Source: a virus. From it: a DNA stretch of 64,000 nt. Of the stretch, positions 1 to 9,155 are shown in pieces; positions within the stretch are counted from its first letter, which is position 1; each line of letters opens with the position of its first letter. The translations under genes and the position numbers were made by a program. The notes below the pieces were generated by a model. The model was not told the origin of the DNA. It saw only the letters and a list, made by a program, of their open reading frames with translations, and did not search any database. The stretch lies in the UHGV virus genome UHGV-1362809; one strand, 5' to 3'.

Positions 1-1
1 T

Positions 2-85
2 GTGTTGGTTGGGGACGCTGTGGACGTGGAGTTAAGTACTTATGACTTTACCAAAGGGCGTATTTGCTTTAGGTATAAAAAATGA
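2..85 (+). CDS. C-terminal fragment of an upstream gene (partial; continues before the window)
   Basis: Frame is open from the window edge to TGA at 83-85. That stop overlaps the next ATG in an ATGA coupling arrangement. Confidence 0.25.
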   Translation: MLVGDAVDVELSTYDFTKGRICFRYKK

Positions 86-246
86 TTATACTTGTATTTT
101 TCCTTGGAGTTTTTGTAGGGCTGATAGTGGATGAGTTTATTACAAGATATTTATTTGCAAAGTATGACTTGTATTCCGAATACACTACACTAATGGATGA
201 AATGCACGAAAGGTCTGAAGATGAAAATCGTTCCTCAAAAAGCTGA
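82..246 (+). CDS. small hydrophobic protein (54 aa, one predicted TM helix)
   Basis: ATG at 82 overlaps the upstream stop (ATGA). The N-terminus IILVFFLGVFVGLIV is hydrophobic. No clear SD; too short to appear in the ORF track. Confidence 0.3.
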   Translation: MIILVFFLGVFVGLIVDEFITRYLFAKYDLYSEYTTLMDEMHERSEDENRSSKS

Positions 247-1162
247 ACTAATTGCAGTACAACATCCCCTTCGGGACGTAAATCCTTTAAAAATTGTGGA
301 GTCTTGCGGTAGGGTGTGTTATCGGTCTGAAGATAAAATAACCGATGATTCTTATAAGGATTTTTGTGCTAAGTTGTACAAAATGGGACATTGGGCAGTT
401 TTTGAACATGGAGTTTATACATTTAGTATTAATAAACATAGTTTCTTAAATCTGTGTGAATGTAAAGGTTTTGCAGATTTATACGGCGTGCAATATACTC
501 CTGTCAATGACGGCCACTATTGTGAAGTAAGCTTGAATTTAAGCCACTTATACCAACTTGTTAAATGGTGCAAATCCTTAGATAAAGATTCTTATGAATA
601 CCATTGTTTGCACGTTTTGGTTGGTTCATTTCCTAAAGAAGTGCTAGATTTAGCTGGTGAAAAACCTTCGTCCTATGTGTATCCACTTACAAGTAATATT
701 GACGTAAATTCTGTATTCTATACGTTTAAACTAACTACATTTAGAAGTGTAGCTGATGAATTGTTTAGACATAGACGTAACGCCTTAAATATGGAAAGCT
801 CCCGTTATTGTTCCTATAATAAGGATAAATTCGATAGCTCCATCAAAACGTGTGAGCAACATTGGGTATTAAATAAGGAAGTATATAAGGACAAAACAGA
901 ATCCTTAAATATGAAACTGGTGAAGTATCTAAGAGAAGCTGAAAAGAATTATCTCGATTTGGTAAATAGTGGTATGCGACCCCAAGACGCCAGAGCTGTA
1001 TTGCCCTTGGACTACTGTGTGGACTGTTGTATTACAATGTCTATGAAACAGTTTGAGTATATATACAAAATTAGAACTAGCGACGCCGCTCACCCAAATA
1101 TCCGTCATTTATTAAAACTAATGAAGGAGAAATTAGATGAAAGCTGTACAACGTGCCTTTAG
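221..1162 (+). CDS. thyX: FAD-dependent thymidylate synthase ThyX
   Basis: Carries the ThyX signature RHRRNALNMES (RHR-x7-S) and an FEHGVYTF block. The track ORF starts at 197, but the ATG at 221 has a better SD (GAAAGG). Confidence 0.8.
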   Translation: MKIVPQKAELIAVQHPLRDVNPLKIVESCGRVCYRSEDKITDDSYKDFCAKLYKMGHWAVFEHGVYTFSINKHSFLNLCECKGFADLYGVQYTPVNDGHYCEVSLNLSHLYQLVKWCKSLDKDSYEYHCLHVLVGSFPKEVLDLAGEKPSSYVYPLTSNIDVNSVFYTFKLTTFRSVADELFRHRRNALNMESSRYCSYNKDKFDSSIKTCEQHWVLNKEVYKDKTESLNMKLVKYLREAEKNYLDLVNSGMRPQDARAVLPLDYCVDCCITMSMKQFEYIYKIRTSDAAHPNIRHLLKLMKEKLDESCTTCL

Positions 1163-1334
1163 TATTGGCTGTTTGGTTATGATTGCAGCCTTTGTTGTTG
1201 TATTTTTAGCGTATGTTTTAGCCACTTCCTTAGCTGATGACTCCTATGAAGAGGGAAGACATTCGGTCATACAGGAGTTGTGTGAACAGAAACAGTACGA
1301 TTTTTGTCAGACTAAACTTAATCCTGTAGAGTAG
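1137..1334 (+). CDS. small membrane protein (65 aa)
   Basis: Strong SD (AAGGAGAAATTAGATG). TM helix IGCLVMIAAFVVVFLAYVLA. Overlaps the thyX 3' end. Confidence 0.4.
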   Translation: MKAVQRAFSIGCLVMIAAFVVVFLAYVLATSLADDSYEEGRHSVIQELCEQKQYDFCQTKLNPVE

Positions 1335-1361
1335 ACTATTAAAGAGTTGTAAATAACTGTA

Positions 1362-1736
1362 ATGAAATTTATACCTTTTACATTAAAAATTGGAAAATTT
1401 GATTGGGCAATAACTTGTACTCCAAGAAATAATAAGGACTTAGATGGAGACGACGGTTGTTGCGACTTTTCATCCAAAGTAATTTATATAGCAAATGACC
1501 TTTCCCAGCAAAGATGTTTTTACACTTTGTTGCATGAAATTACTCACGCATTACTGGATGAAAGCTCCTTTGAAAGTGATATATGTAAACTTCTTGGTAG
1601 CAACTATGAAAGATTCGTAGACTTGTTTAGTAGCAACCTAGATTGTTTTGTAGATAATGATTTGAAAAAGCTTTTAAGGTTTGAAAATTCGTTTGGTTAT
1701 ATTCAAAACAAAGCAAAGGAGACCAAAAATGCTTAA
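1362..1736 (+). CDS. small HExxH motif protein (putative zinc metallopeptidase-like)
   Basis: LLHEITHALLDE contains an HExxH motif. 124 aa. Confidence 0.45.
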   Translation: MKFIPFTLKIGKFDWAITCTPRNNKDLDGDDGCCDFSSKVIYIANDLSQQRCFYTLLHEITHALLDESSFESDICKLLGSNYERFVDLFSSNLDCFVDNDLKKLLRFENSFGYIQNKAKETKNA

Positions 1737-2544
1737 TACTACTTATTCTAAATGGTTTAAACCTTGTTCCTGTGGGGCTACACAAGAAGACTTGACAGTT
1801 TCAAATAGTTGGAACTCTGCAACCCATACTTCTACCTCTAAAATTGTGTGTAGTAAATGTGGCAAGATTCTTGCAACTTCGTCATCTGCAAAAAATACTG
1901 TATACAGTCTTAGTAAATTGTGGAACGCTCAAAATGTAAAAGATGTTCCTGCTGGGGAAGTTTGTGAAGTAAAAGAACCTGCTGAAACTAAAAAGCCTGC
2001 ACAGACACAAGTTGAACCGAATAAAATTCCTGGACATATTTCCCTAAGTAAGTGCGGTGCAGGGTTGTTTAAAGCTACATTAGAGCTACAGGGTGGAAGC
2101 TTCTTCTTTGCAACTGGTAATACAAAAAATGAAGCCCAAATGGCAGTTATTAAAAAGTATGAGGATTCTAAAAAAGATATTGCTACTTTTGTAAACGGCG
2201 TAAAGGATGAAGTTGAACAGGCTTTTCAAAAACCCCTATCCGAAAATTATAATAGTGGTAGCAATGTTGACAGACAGGTTGCGAGCGCAAAAATTGAGTA
2301 CATTAAACATTCTGCTTCCAATGTTAATAATGATATAAAAACAGAAACTTTGTTGTCCGACTTGCAAAAACAGTTTAAGGAAATGGCGGCTATTCAAACT
2401 AAAATGGTAGACGCTGTTGTAAAGGCAAACGAACTTCAAACCGAAATTCTTAAGGTTGTGACTCAGATGCAAAAGGATAATCACCACGCCATATACGGTG
2501 TTGAAATGGATCCTTGTAAGGTGTCTTTTCCTCAACCATACTAA
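1729..2544 (+). CDS. zinc-ribbon protein with helical C-terminal half
   Basis: The ATG at 1729 follows an AAGGAGA SD; the track start at 1681 looks like an upstream extension. N-terminal CSCGA...CSKCGK motif is shared with the 3679 gene. Confidence 0.5.
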   Translation: MLNTTYSKWFKPCSCGATQEDLTVSNSWNSATHTSTSKIVCSKCGKILATSSSAKNTVYSLSKLWNAQNVKDVPAGEVCEVKEPAETKKPAQTQVEPNKIPGHISLSKCGAGLFKATLELQGGSFFFATGNTKNEAQMAVIKKYEDSKKDIATFVNGVKDEVEQAFQKPLSENYNSGSNVDRQVASAKIEYIKHSASNVNNDIKTETLLSDLQKQFKEMAAIQTKMVDAVVKANELQTEILKVVTQMQKDNHHAIYGVEMDPCKVSFPQPY

Positions 2545-2558
2545 TTGTAAATAAAATT

Positions 2559-2594
2559 GCGGGGCGTGTTATTATGCACACCCCGCTTAATTTG
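2559..2594 (+). terminator. rho-independent terminator
   Basis: GCGGGGCGTG...CACACCCCGC hairpin (one mismatch) followed by a T-rich tract. Confidence 0.5.
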
Positions 2595-2608
2595 TATTAG
2601 AGGTACTT

Positions 2609-3547
2609 ATGGACGGTAATTGGGTATTACAGCAGCTTCGCACTCTAGATTATAAATGGGGTTTCAAAGTTGTAAACGATAAAGCTTGGATTCGATGTCC
2701 TTTTCATAAAAATAGAGGGGGTTTGGAAAAAACTCCGTCCTTGACGATAAATCTTGATTCAAGTATGCGTTATAAGGTGGGTGAGTTCCATTGTTTTGGT
2801 TGTGGTAAATCAGGATTATGGAATGACTTAGCCAAGGAATTAAATTTACAGTTAGTTGACGAGGAAGAAGAGCAGTTAGCTGTTGGTAGTTTGAGTCAAA
2901 AAGACCGTGACGAATTGTTTAATCCTGTGTCAAAAAAAGAAGACGTTGTTTCAGTTGAATGGGACTCAAAGGACGATTGGAGAGGTATTAAAGGTTCGTT
3001 GGTTACAAAAGTAGGCGGTCAGTTGACAAGTGATAAATGGATGACCGATACGATGCTGTATCTTCCTGTAAATGTCAACAAAAAAGAAGTTGGCGGTATT
3101 TATTGTAAAATCGTCCGAAAGTCAAAAAAGGAACGTGGCTATATAAATACCGAAGGTACTTGGATTAGGTCGAAAGGTTTGTTTCCATTTGACTACACAA
3201 AAAAGTTGTTATCCAAGTTGAAAAGTGAAGGTAAGCCCAAAGTATTATGTTTAACGGAGGGTCCTCGTGATACTCTTAACTTGTTGCAAAATGGTATCCC
3301 AAGTTTGGCAATACTTGGTTCAAATAACTGGTCACAGGCAAAGTGCAACATCATATCATTTTTGAATGTTGACAGAATTGTACTGGCGTTTGACCCTGAT
3401 ACAGCAGGACAACACGCATTTAATCGAGTTAAACAAAGTGTAAAGGATTTAGCCAAAGTATCGAAACTTGAATTTAATGAAGGTACGGATCCTGCTGATT
3501 TGACAAAAAAGCAATGTAACAACATAAAGAAAAAGTTGGGTATTTGA
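2609..3547 (+). CDS. DNA primase (DnaG-type zinc finger + TOPRIM)
   Basis: Zinc-finger block CPFHKNRGGLEKTPSL...CFGCGKSG. TOPRIM-like CLTEGPRD and AFDPDTAGQ motifs. Confidence 0.8.
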   Translation: MDGNWVLQQLRTLDYKWGFKVVNDKAWIRCPFHKNRGGLEKTPSLTINLDSSMRYKVGEFHCFGCGKSGLWNDLAKELNLQLVDEEEEQLAVGSLSQKDRDELFNPVSKKEDVVSVEWDSKDDWRGIKGSLVTKVGGQLTSDKWMTDTMLYLPVNVNKKEVGGIYCKIVRKSKKERGYINTEGTWIRSKGLFPFDYTKKLLSKLKSEGKPKVLCLTEGPRDTLNLLQNGIPSLAILGSNNWSQAKCNIISFLNVDRIVLAFDPDTAGQHAFNRVKQSVKDLAKVSKLEFNEGTDPADLTKKQCNNIKKKLGI

Positions 3548-3552
3548 TTTTA

Positions 3553-3585
3553 GGGTGCGCAAAAAAATGCGCACCCTTTTATTTT
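3553..3585 (+). terminator. rho-independent terminator
   Basis: GGGTGCGC-AAAAAAAT-GCGCACCC hairpin followed by TTTTATTTT. Confidence 0.7.
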
Positions 3586-3610
3586 GTCAAAAATCAGTTT
3601 TTGGTATTCA

Positions 3611-3630
3611 AATAATTTTTATTATATAAT
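3611..3630 (+). promoter_or_regulatory. conserved AT-rich promoter-like motif (copy 1 of 4)
   Basis: AATAATTTTTATTATATAAT lies just after the terminator and about 50 nt upstream of the 3679 gene. The same motif recurs at 13194, 23819 and 31837. Confidence 0.4.
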
Positions 3631-3678
3631 GAAAACAACGTCATTATATTTTGGTAGACCCGTAAAGGAGAATATTAA

Positions 3679-5211
3679 ATGCAACATACATACGAAGTAT
3701 TTGCTTCCGCGGAAACACCAATACTGGTTGCCAAGGGTAAAAAAGACACCGTAGTTGTTGCGTCATACAAAGACCCTGAAAATGGTTCTGTTGTTTTGAC
3801 AAATGCGATGAAAAATGTTTTTAGTCCTATCACTGGTGGCGAATTAGAACGTGCTAGCAATGCGAGTGAAGTTTTGAGCTCCACTGACTTAGACGAACTA
3901 ACTGAAGTTGCAACCTGCTCCTGTGGAGCTAAGTTGTTGACAACTGCGTCACTGGCTGATAAGCTCTTTGGCGACGACCTATATTGTGTTGTTTGCGGTG
4001 AAAAAATTAAACTCGACGAAGATGAAGAAGTCGATGATACAGACGACGACGAAGAATTAGAAGTCGAGGAAGATGACGAAGAAGAAACTGCTTCCGAAAA
4101 ATGCAAGTGCGAAAAGGAAGAAACTGAAGAAGACGAATCCGATAAGGACGAAGATTCCGAAGAAGACCCTGAAGTCGAAGAATCTTGCGACGACGAAGAA
4201 GAAATTGAAATTGACGACGACGAAAACGAACAGCCGAAATCTGAAAAGGAAGAAGCTTGCGATGAAGTTGACGACAAGGACGATGCTAATTCTGAAGAAG
4301 TAGTTAAAGAAACAAAGGTTGAAGAAGAAACTTCTGAACCCGATGTCGAAGAATCTTGCGACGAACCAAAGGACGAATCAAAAGAAGAAGATTCCGAAGA
4401 GGAAGAAACTGAAGTTGAAGAATCCTGCGGCGAACCAAAAGAAGCTGAAGAAGTCGATTTGGAAGTTGAAGAAGAGCCTGAAGACCTAAAAGAAGAAGGT
4501 TGTTTGCATTATAACTGTCTGAGTTCAGTTAAAAACGTTGAAAGTGTTGAACTTGTAAAATGTGAAGCTGGATACAGAGTGTTAGTGAATAACGACCCCG
4601 TTGCTACTTTGGTTAAAGACTCTATCAAACCTGAATTGGCAAGTTTGAAAGACGACGTTAAATCATTAACGAAGGCTTTAAGTGCCTCTGTTTCAGAAGA
4701 AGGTTTTAGCAAACAGGTTATTGCCTCTTTTGGTATTAAACCCTTGTTTGTCAAAATAAATGTTGACGAAGCAGCTAACCAACGTTTAAATGCCGTTGAA
4801 GCTTCTTTGAAGACGAAATACGACGAAGAACAAAAGGCTTTTGTTGAAAGATTCAAACAGTCCATGACGATTGCGTCCGCAGGGGTCAACAAAGGACTGT
4901 ATGGTGCTAACCTAATGTCACAAGCTATTATTAAATGTTTGTCAGCTTCTGGTGCTGTTGACGCTGAAGAAGTTGTCAATGAAATTATGGCTAAGTACGG
5001 TGAAGGTTATTTAAAACAAATCATTGATAAAGCGTCTGAACTTGTTGGTAAGTCCGACGAAGTTAGAAATGAAACAGCCAGTTTGGTTTTAGCGGCTGAC
5101 TTCTCTAAAACTCGTTCAACCTATACTCATAAAGCGGTTGAACCTGTTGCAGAAACAGCATCAGTTGTTGAAGAACAACCCAAACAAAATCGTTATGCAA
5201 ATTTATTTTAG
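3679..5211 (+). CDS. hyper-acidic ESC-repeat protein with N-terminal zinc ribbon; possible scaffolding or internal head protein
   Basis: Strong SD. Repeated EESCD/EESCG units sit in a roughly 230-aa Glu/Asp-rich region. The C-terminal ~200 aa look helical. The gene lies immediately upstream of the head genes. Confidence 0.55.
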   Translation: MQHTYEVFASAETPILVAKGKKDTVVVASYKDPENGSVVLTNAMKNVFSPITGGELERASNASEVLSSTDLDELTEVATCSCGAKLLTTASLADKLFGDDLYCVVCGEKIKLDEDEEVDDTDDDEELEVEEDDEEETASEKCKCEKEETEEDESDKDEDSEEDPEVEESCDDEEEIEIDDDENEQPKSEKEEACDEVDDKDDANSEEVVKETKVEEETSEPDVEESCDEPKDESKEEDSEEEETEVEESCGEPKEAEEVDLEVEEEPEDLKEEGCLHYNCLSSVKNVESVELVKCEAGYRVLVNNDPVATLVKDSIKPELASLKDDVKSLTKALSASVSEEGFSKQVIASFGIKPLFVKINVDEAANQRLNAVEASLKTKYDEEQKAFVERFKQSMTIASAGVNKGLYGANLMSQAIIKCLSASGAVDAEEVVNEIMAKYGEGYLKQIIDKASELVGKSDEVRNETASLVLAADFSKTRSTYTHKAVEPVAETASVVEEQPKQNRYANLF

Positions 5212-5222
5212 GAGATGTATAG

Positions 5223-5927
5223 ATGCTAAATATAGCTTATACTCGTTACCAGTTGACGACTAATAAACTGGTTTCAGAAGCGATTGCCTCTGAAGGTATT
5301 TTGGAAGGTGCTGGTGTTTTCAGTACTTTAGAAAACGGTATTCAGGTCGTCAGCAACGGCGCTCCTGAAGAAACCAATGTGTTTAGTGGTATTGCCTTCA
5401 GTCAGTATCGCGCTCAGACTGCTTCCATCAAAGTTGAAGAATTTGTTGCTCCTGCCAATGGTGGCTCGGTCGTTTTAGCCCGTACACCTGTTGATGGTAT
5501 TGCTAAAGTGTTGGTCAAAATTGACGGCACGAAAGCTACGGTTCAGGCTGGTGCAGCTGCGGCGGCTGGTCAGGTTCAGTTGGTTGGTAACGTTTTGACG
5601 TTCAACGCTGAAGACGCTGGCAAAAAGGTTTATGTTTGCTACAAATATAACCTAACTGTTGCTGAAATCGAATCCATTCCCTTTATGGGCGATGGTGTTC
5701 CAGGAGCTCCTGTTTCCGCTCAGACGAATACTGTTTCAGTTGCTCAGAAGGGTGAGTTCTACACCGACCAGTTCGATGCTTCTTGCGATTGGGCTCAGGA
5801 CGGTTTAGTCATTCACTTGGTCGAAGGCGGTATCTTCACAACTGCTGAAGAAGGTTGTGCGGTTAATGGTGTTGTTTGTCACGTTCCTACGGCAGACGTA
5901 CCATTCTTAGGTATTGAATTGTTGTAA
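5223..5927 (+). CDS. head-associated structural protein (hypothetical)
   Basis: SD GGAGATG. Ala/Gly/Val-rich. GC-enriched codon usage typical of highly expressed genes. Confidence 0.5.
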   Translation: MLNIAYTRYQLTTNKLVSEAIASEGILEGAGVFSTLENGIQVVSNGAPEETNVFSGIAFSQYRAQTASIKVEEFVAPANGGSVVLARTPVDGIAKVLVKIDGTKATVQAGAAAAAGQVQLVGNVLTFNAEDAGKKVYVCYKYNLTVAEIESIPFMGDGVPGAPVSAQTNTVSVAQKGEFYTDQFDASCDWAQDGLVIHLVEGGIFTTAEEGCAVNGVVCHVPTADVPFLGIELL

Positions 5928-7021
5928 TGGAGATTGGACACATGACAATGGAAACTTTATTTCGCTCCTCAACGGCTATGCACCCAACCGAAGCTAACCT
6001 GCGTGGTTCTGCTTCAAAATTAGTTGGTGCTAATGGAGAACTAAATGCCGTCAATAAGGAAGACGCTGTTCGTATTTTCAAACAGTTGGCTTCTGCTTTG
6101 GAAAATAAAGAAATTACTCGCCCCGAACAGGCTTCTGCTGAAAAGAAATCTGAACGTCGTAAGGCTCTAATCGAAGCTATGGCTTCTGACCAGAAATGGG
6201 CTGAAATGGGTGCTGCTTTGTCAGCGGCTTTGTACACGACTGCGAATCGTGACGGCTTTATGCGTCGTTTGTTCGCTCGCCAGGACTTAGCTCAGGGTAA
6301 CATTCCTCGTTTTCCTGTCAAGTTCAAAAACACCGTTGCGATGGTTGCGGCTGGTGCTGGTCAGGTCATTCCTACGAATGTTCGTGACAAATACGTTATG
6401 CCCCCTGAATTTTACATCGAAGTCAATCTTTGGATTGAAGAACGTGAATTAGCTCAGGGTACAGGCGACCAGTTGGAAGACAAATTCTACGAAGGTCAGG
6501 AAGCCATTCAGGTTCAGGAAGACCGTTACTGGAAGAAATTGTGCGACCAGACAATCGGTGTTTCCAACGACCTGCAGATCTTGGGTGGTGGTTTAGACCC
6601 CGACTCATTGGCTCTAATGAAAGAACAGGTCATTCGTTATGCTCTACCCGCTGCTAACCTACTGTTCGCAGTTGACGGACTAAACGATTTGAACGGAACG
6701 GTCTTCGGCGGTTGGTTTGACCCCGTTACCCAGTACGAAATCGTTATGTCTGGTACACTTGGTCAGCTGAGCGGTATGACGGTTACGACCGATGCTTATC
6801 GTGAACCAATGCTTAAAGTGTTCAACCGTGGTGAATTCTACATAACGTCAACGCCTGAATATCATGGTGGTTATACCGACCGTGGTCCTATTCAGTCGAA
6901 GACGAAAGAATCGAACGGCGAAGGCATGGGACCAAGTCGCGGCTGGTATATGTTCGAGCTAATGAGCATGGTCATGCACAACGCTCGTTCGTTTGTTAAA
7001 GGTACAAAAACCTTCAACTAA
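5927..7021 (+). CDS. candidate major capsid protein
   Basis: 364 aa with GC-enriched codon usage, following the acidic scaffold-like gene. The true start may be the ATG at 5942 (MTMETLF), which has a GGAG upstream. Confidence 0.45.
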   Translation: MEIGHMTMETLFRSSTAMHPTEANLRGSASKLVGANGELNAVNKEDAVRIFKQLASALENKEITRPEQASAEKKSERRKALIEAMASDQKWAEMGAALSAALYTTANRDGFMRRLFARQDLAQGNIPRFPVKFKNTVAMVAAGAGQVIPTNVRDKYVMPPEFYIEVNLWIEERELAQGTGDQLEDKFYEGQEAIQVQEDRYWKKLCDQTIGVSNDLQILGGGLDPDSLALMKEQVIRYALPAANLLFAVDGLNDLNGTVFGGWFDPVTQYEIVMSGTLGQLSGMTVTTDAYREPMLKVFNRGEFYITSTPEYHGGYTDRGPIQSKTKESNGEGMGPSRGWYMFELMSMVMHNARSFVKGTKTFN

Positions 7022-7107
7022 TTAGGTCAGCGTAAGTACTTCTTGTGAATGTATATGTAGTAGTATTTTTTGTACTGCTTAGATATGCGTTGCAAGGAGT
7101 ACTTACA

Positions 7108-7538
7108 ATGAAGTTTAAACAAGTTTTACTCTCGCTTAAATCATACTTTAAGATTCTTTATGAAGGTTTAGTTTGGGAATCCAACGGTATTGTTAAAGAT
7201 TTAAAGTTAAGAAAGCTTATACACAAGTTTTCAAGTGTAAGCCTAAAAATACATTTGAATACTGGTATAATCGTCATAAGGATAAGGATTTTAAATCCAA
7301 AGTTACTTGTCCAATGTGCGACAACGTTATAGACGTTGAATGTAAGTATTGCTGTAATAAATGTCGTAGACCAAATCCTAATTACAAAGTTTACAAAAAT
7401 AATTGGTATAAGAAATACGATACGAACTTAGATGCAATACTTCACACTGGTACATTGTTTGGCGGTTCTACGCATAAACGTATTACAAAACAATCACTTG
7501 TCAGATTGTATGGTTTAAGTGAGAGTAAAACTTTATAA
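7108..7538 (+). CDS. Cys-rich small protein requiring a -1 frameshift (or carrying a sequencing indel) near 7200
   Basis: AAGGAG SD precedes the ATG at 7108 (frame 1). Protein-like coding then continues in frame 0 from 7197 (KPKNTFEYWYNRH...CPMCDNV...CKYCCNKC) with no start codon of its own. A UUUAAAG heptamer sits at 7200-7206. Confidence 0.35.
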
Positions 7539-7553
7539 CAAGAGGATTATATT

Positions 7554-8084
7554 ATGGCTACATATTATAACAAAGCTGGTGACCTAATTGTTTTAGCAAA
7601 TACCTGCATGGAAAAGGGCAAAACTAAAAAAGCCCTTGAATGTATGGAATTAGCTTTGCAGATGCCTGATATGCAGGATATCGTTGCAGGACTGCAGCAG
7701 TTAAACACCGTTGAAGCTAACGAAATTGAAGACGAAAACGAAGACGAAGAAGTTGAAATCGACGAATCCTGCGATGATAAAAATATGGACGACGAAGACA
7801 TCGAAGAATCCTGTGGTGACGACGAAGTTGAAGACGAAGTCGATATTGACGTAGACACGGATGACGAAGAAGATCCTGAAGAAGAAACTGCCTCTGACGA
7901 AGATGAAGATATTGATGAAGACGACGACGAAGATGACGCAGAGGAAGATGAAGATATTGATGAAGCTCGCCTTGATGAAGTTTTGTGTTCCTTACGCAAA
8001 CAGTACAATGTTACGAGTTCAATAAAATCCTCAAAAACATTGGGATCTCGTTTGGCGGCTTTAGCCAGTAAAGCTGGTAAGTAA
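7554..8084 (+). CDS. hyper-acidic ESC-repeat protein (paralog of the 3679 acidic region)
   Basis: EIDESCDD and EESCGDD units, with 60-70% D/E over about 100 aa. Confidence 0.6.
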   Translation: MATYYNKAGDLIVLANTCMEKGKTKKALECMELALQMPDMQDIVAGLQQLNTVEANEIEDENEDEEVEIDESCDDKNMDDEDIEESCGDDEVEDEVDIDVDTDDEEDPEEETASDEDEDIDEDDDEDDAEEDEDIDEARLDEVLCSLRKQYNVTSSIKSSKTLGSRLAALASKAGK

Positions 8085-8113
8085 TTTTATTTACTATCAG
8101 CCTTTCAATTAGT

Positions 8114-8149
8114 AGGAGGTTAGGTGGATTCATCTAACCTCCTATTTTG
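8114..8149 (+). terminator. rho-independent terminator
   Basis: Perfect 10-bp stem AGGAGGTTAG/CTAACCTCCT followed by TATTTT. Confidence 0.6.
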
Positions 8150-8164
8150 ATAAGTAGGTGGTAA

Positions 8165-8869
8165 ATGCAGCAAATAAACTCTTTTAGTAGTCCTATACTT
8201 ACGCAGTCTATTGAGTCTGTAGCAATAAAGTTGCGGGAAATTTGTGGTATACCAAACATCAAAGTTATGGGTATAACGGAACAGCAGTTTAATAGAGAGC
8301 TTGGTAGAGTACACTCCTCTGATAAGTTTGTTCCTTATTGGAATGTAATGCCTATTAGTATGGAAAATGATACAACATATAATTCATTCGTTGCATCTAA
8401 TATGGGATTTAGAACTCGTCAAGTAGGAGATTGTCTGTTCAAGTTTAAACTAATACCCGTTAAATTTATGCTAAGATGTATGTACTATACACAAAATACA
8501 CAGCAGTTATTAGCATGTATGCAAAAACTATCGTTTAATCAGCGACGTTCCTCATTTAGACTTAGTAGTGAATCAGGATTTGACGTAGATATTTGGACAC
8601 AGGTTGACTCCAGTTTAGAATTTCCTCAAAAGAATATGTCTACTGGCGAAAGCTATGTGCTTAGTACTACGATGAGTTTGCACACTTATGCCGGGGAAAT
8701 ATTTAAGTATATCCCAGTTAAGCAAATTAATGTTAATTTGATAGAGCAGGTAGGTAACGCACCTAAGGAAGAATCTAAACCGACATTTGTTCCTGAAATT
8801 GTGTTTACTGTTAAACAGATAGGAGAGGATGATGAACAATTTAAACAGGGCTGTGGTCGTACAAACTAA
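8165..8869 (+). CDS. hypothetical protein
   Basis: SD AGGTGG. 234-aa ORF. Confidence 0.5.
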   Translation: MQQINSFSSPILTQSIESVAIKLREICGIPNIKVMGITEQQFNRELGRVHSSDKFVPYWNVMPISMENDTTYNSFVASNMGFRTRQVGDCLFKFKLIPVKFMLRCMYYTQNTQQLLACMQKLSFNQRRSSFRLSSESGFDVDIWTQVDSSLEFPQKNMSTGESYVLSTTMSLHTYAGEIFKYIPVKQINVNLIEQVGNAPKEESKPTFVPEIVFTVKQIGEDDEQFKQGCGRTN

Positions 8870-9155
8870 AACAATACTATCGGGAGACAGAAAACGTTCC
8901 GTCATTGATGACAGTACGGTTTCAGCGGGTCTTGATGACGTTACTCAAAAAGAAATTGCGTTGTGTCCTGGACAGGAAGTATATATTACAGTCAATAAAT
9001 TTTTGTCATTTAGAGCCTCTGATACCGTTCAAATGGTGATAGATGTTGGACAGCCTCTTGACTTGCAGTTTATAAACTGTATAGGAACATTAGGAACTGT
9101 TACATTTACAAATACTACTTCCAATATTGTTACGGCTACTATACTTTATGGTTAG
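8829..9155 (+). CDS. hypothetical protein
   Basis: SD AGGAGAGG precedes the ATGATG start. Confidence 0.45.
   Translation: MMNNLNRAVVVQTKTILSGDRKRSVIDDSTVSAGLDDVTQKEIALCPGQEVYITVNKFLSFRASDTVQMVIDVGQPLDLQFINCIGTLGTVTFTNTTSNIVTATILYG

Noticed and set aside
2236-2535. Short antisense ORFs (2236-2535, 3193-3525, 4509-4979, 5887-6237, 12237-12485, 14354-14698 and similar)
   Set aside because: They sit entirely inside longer same-locus ORFs on the opposite strand that have SDs and recognisable motifs. Their low-complexity composition is typical of AT-rich antisense frames.
3675-4277. 200-aa Ser-rich ORF on the - strand
   Set aside because: It is the antisense of the GAA/GAC-rich acidic repeat of the 3679 gene; TTC and GTC read as Ser and Asp. 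It has no SD and lies fully inside the better gene.
7565-8008. 147-aa Ser-rich ORF on the - strand
   Set aside because: It is the antisense artefact of the acidic 7554 gene.
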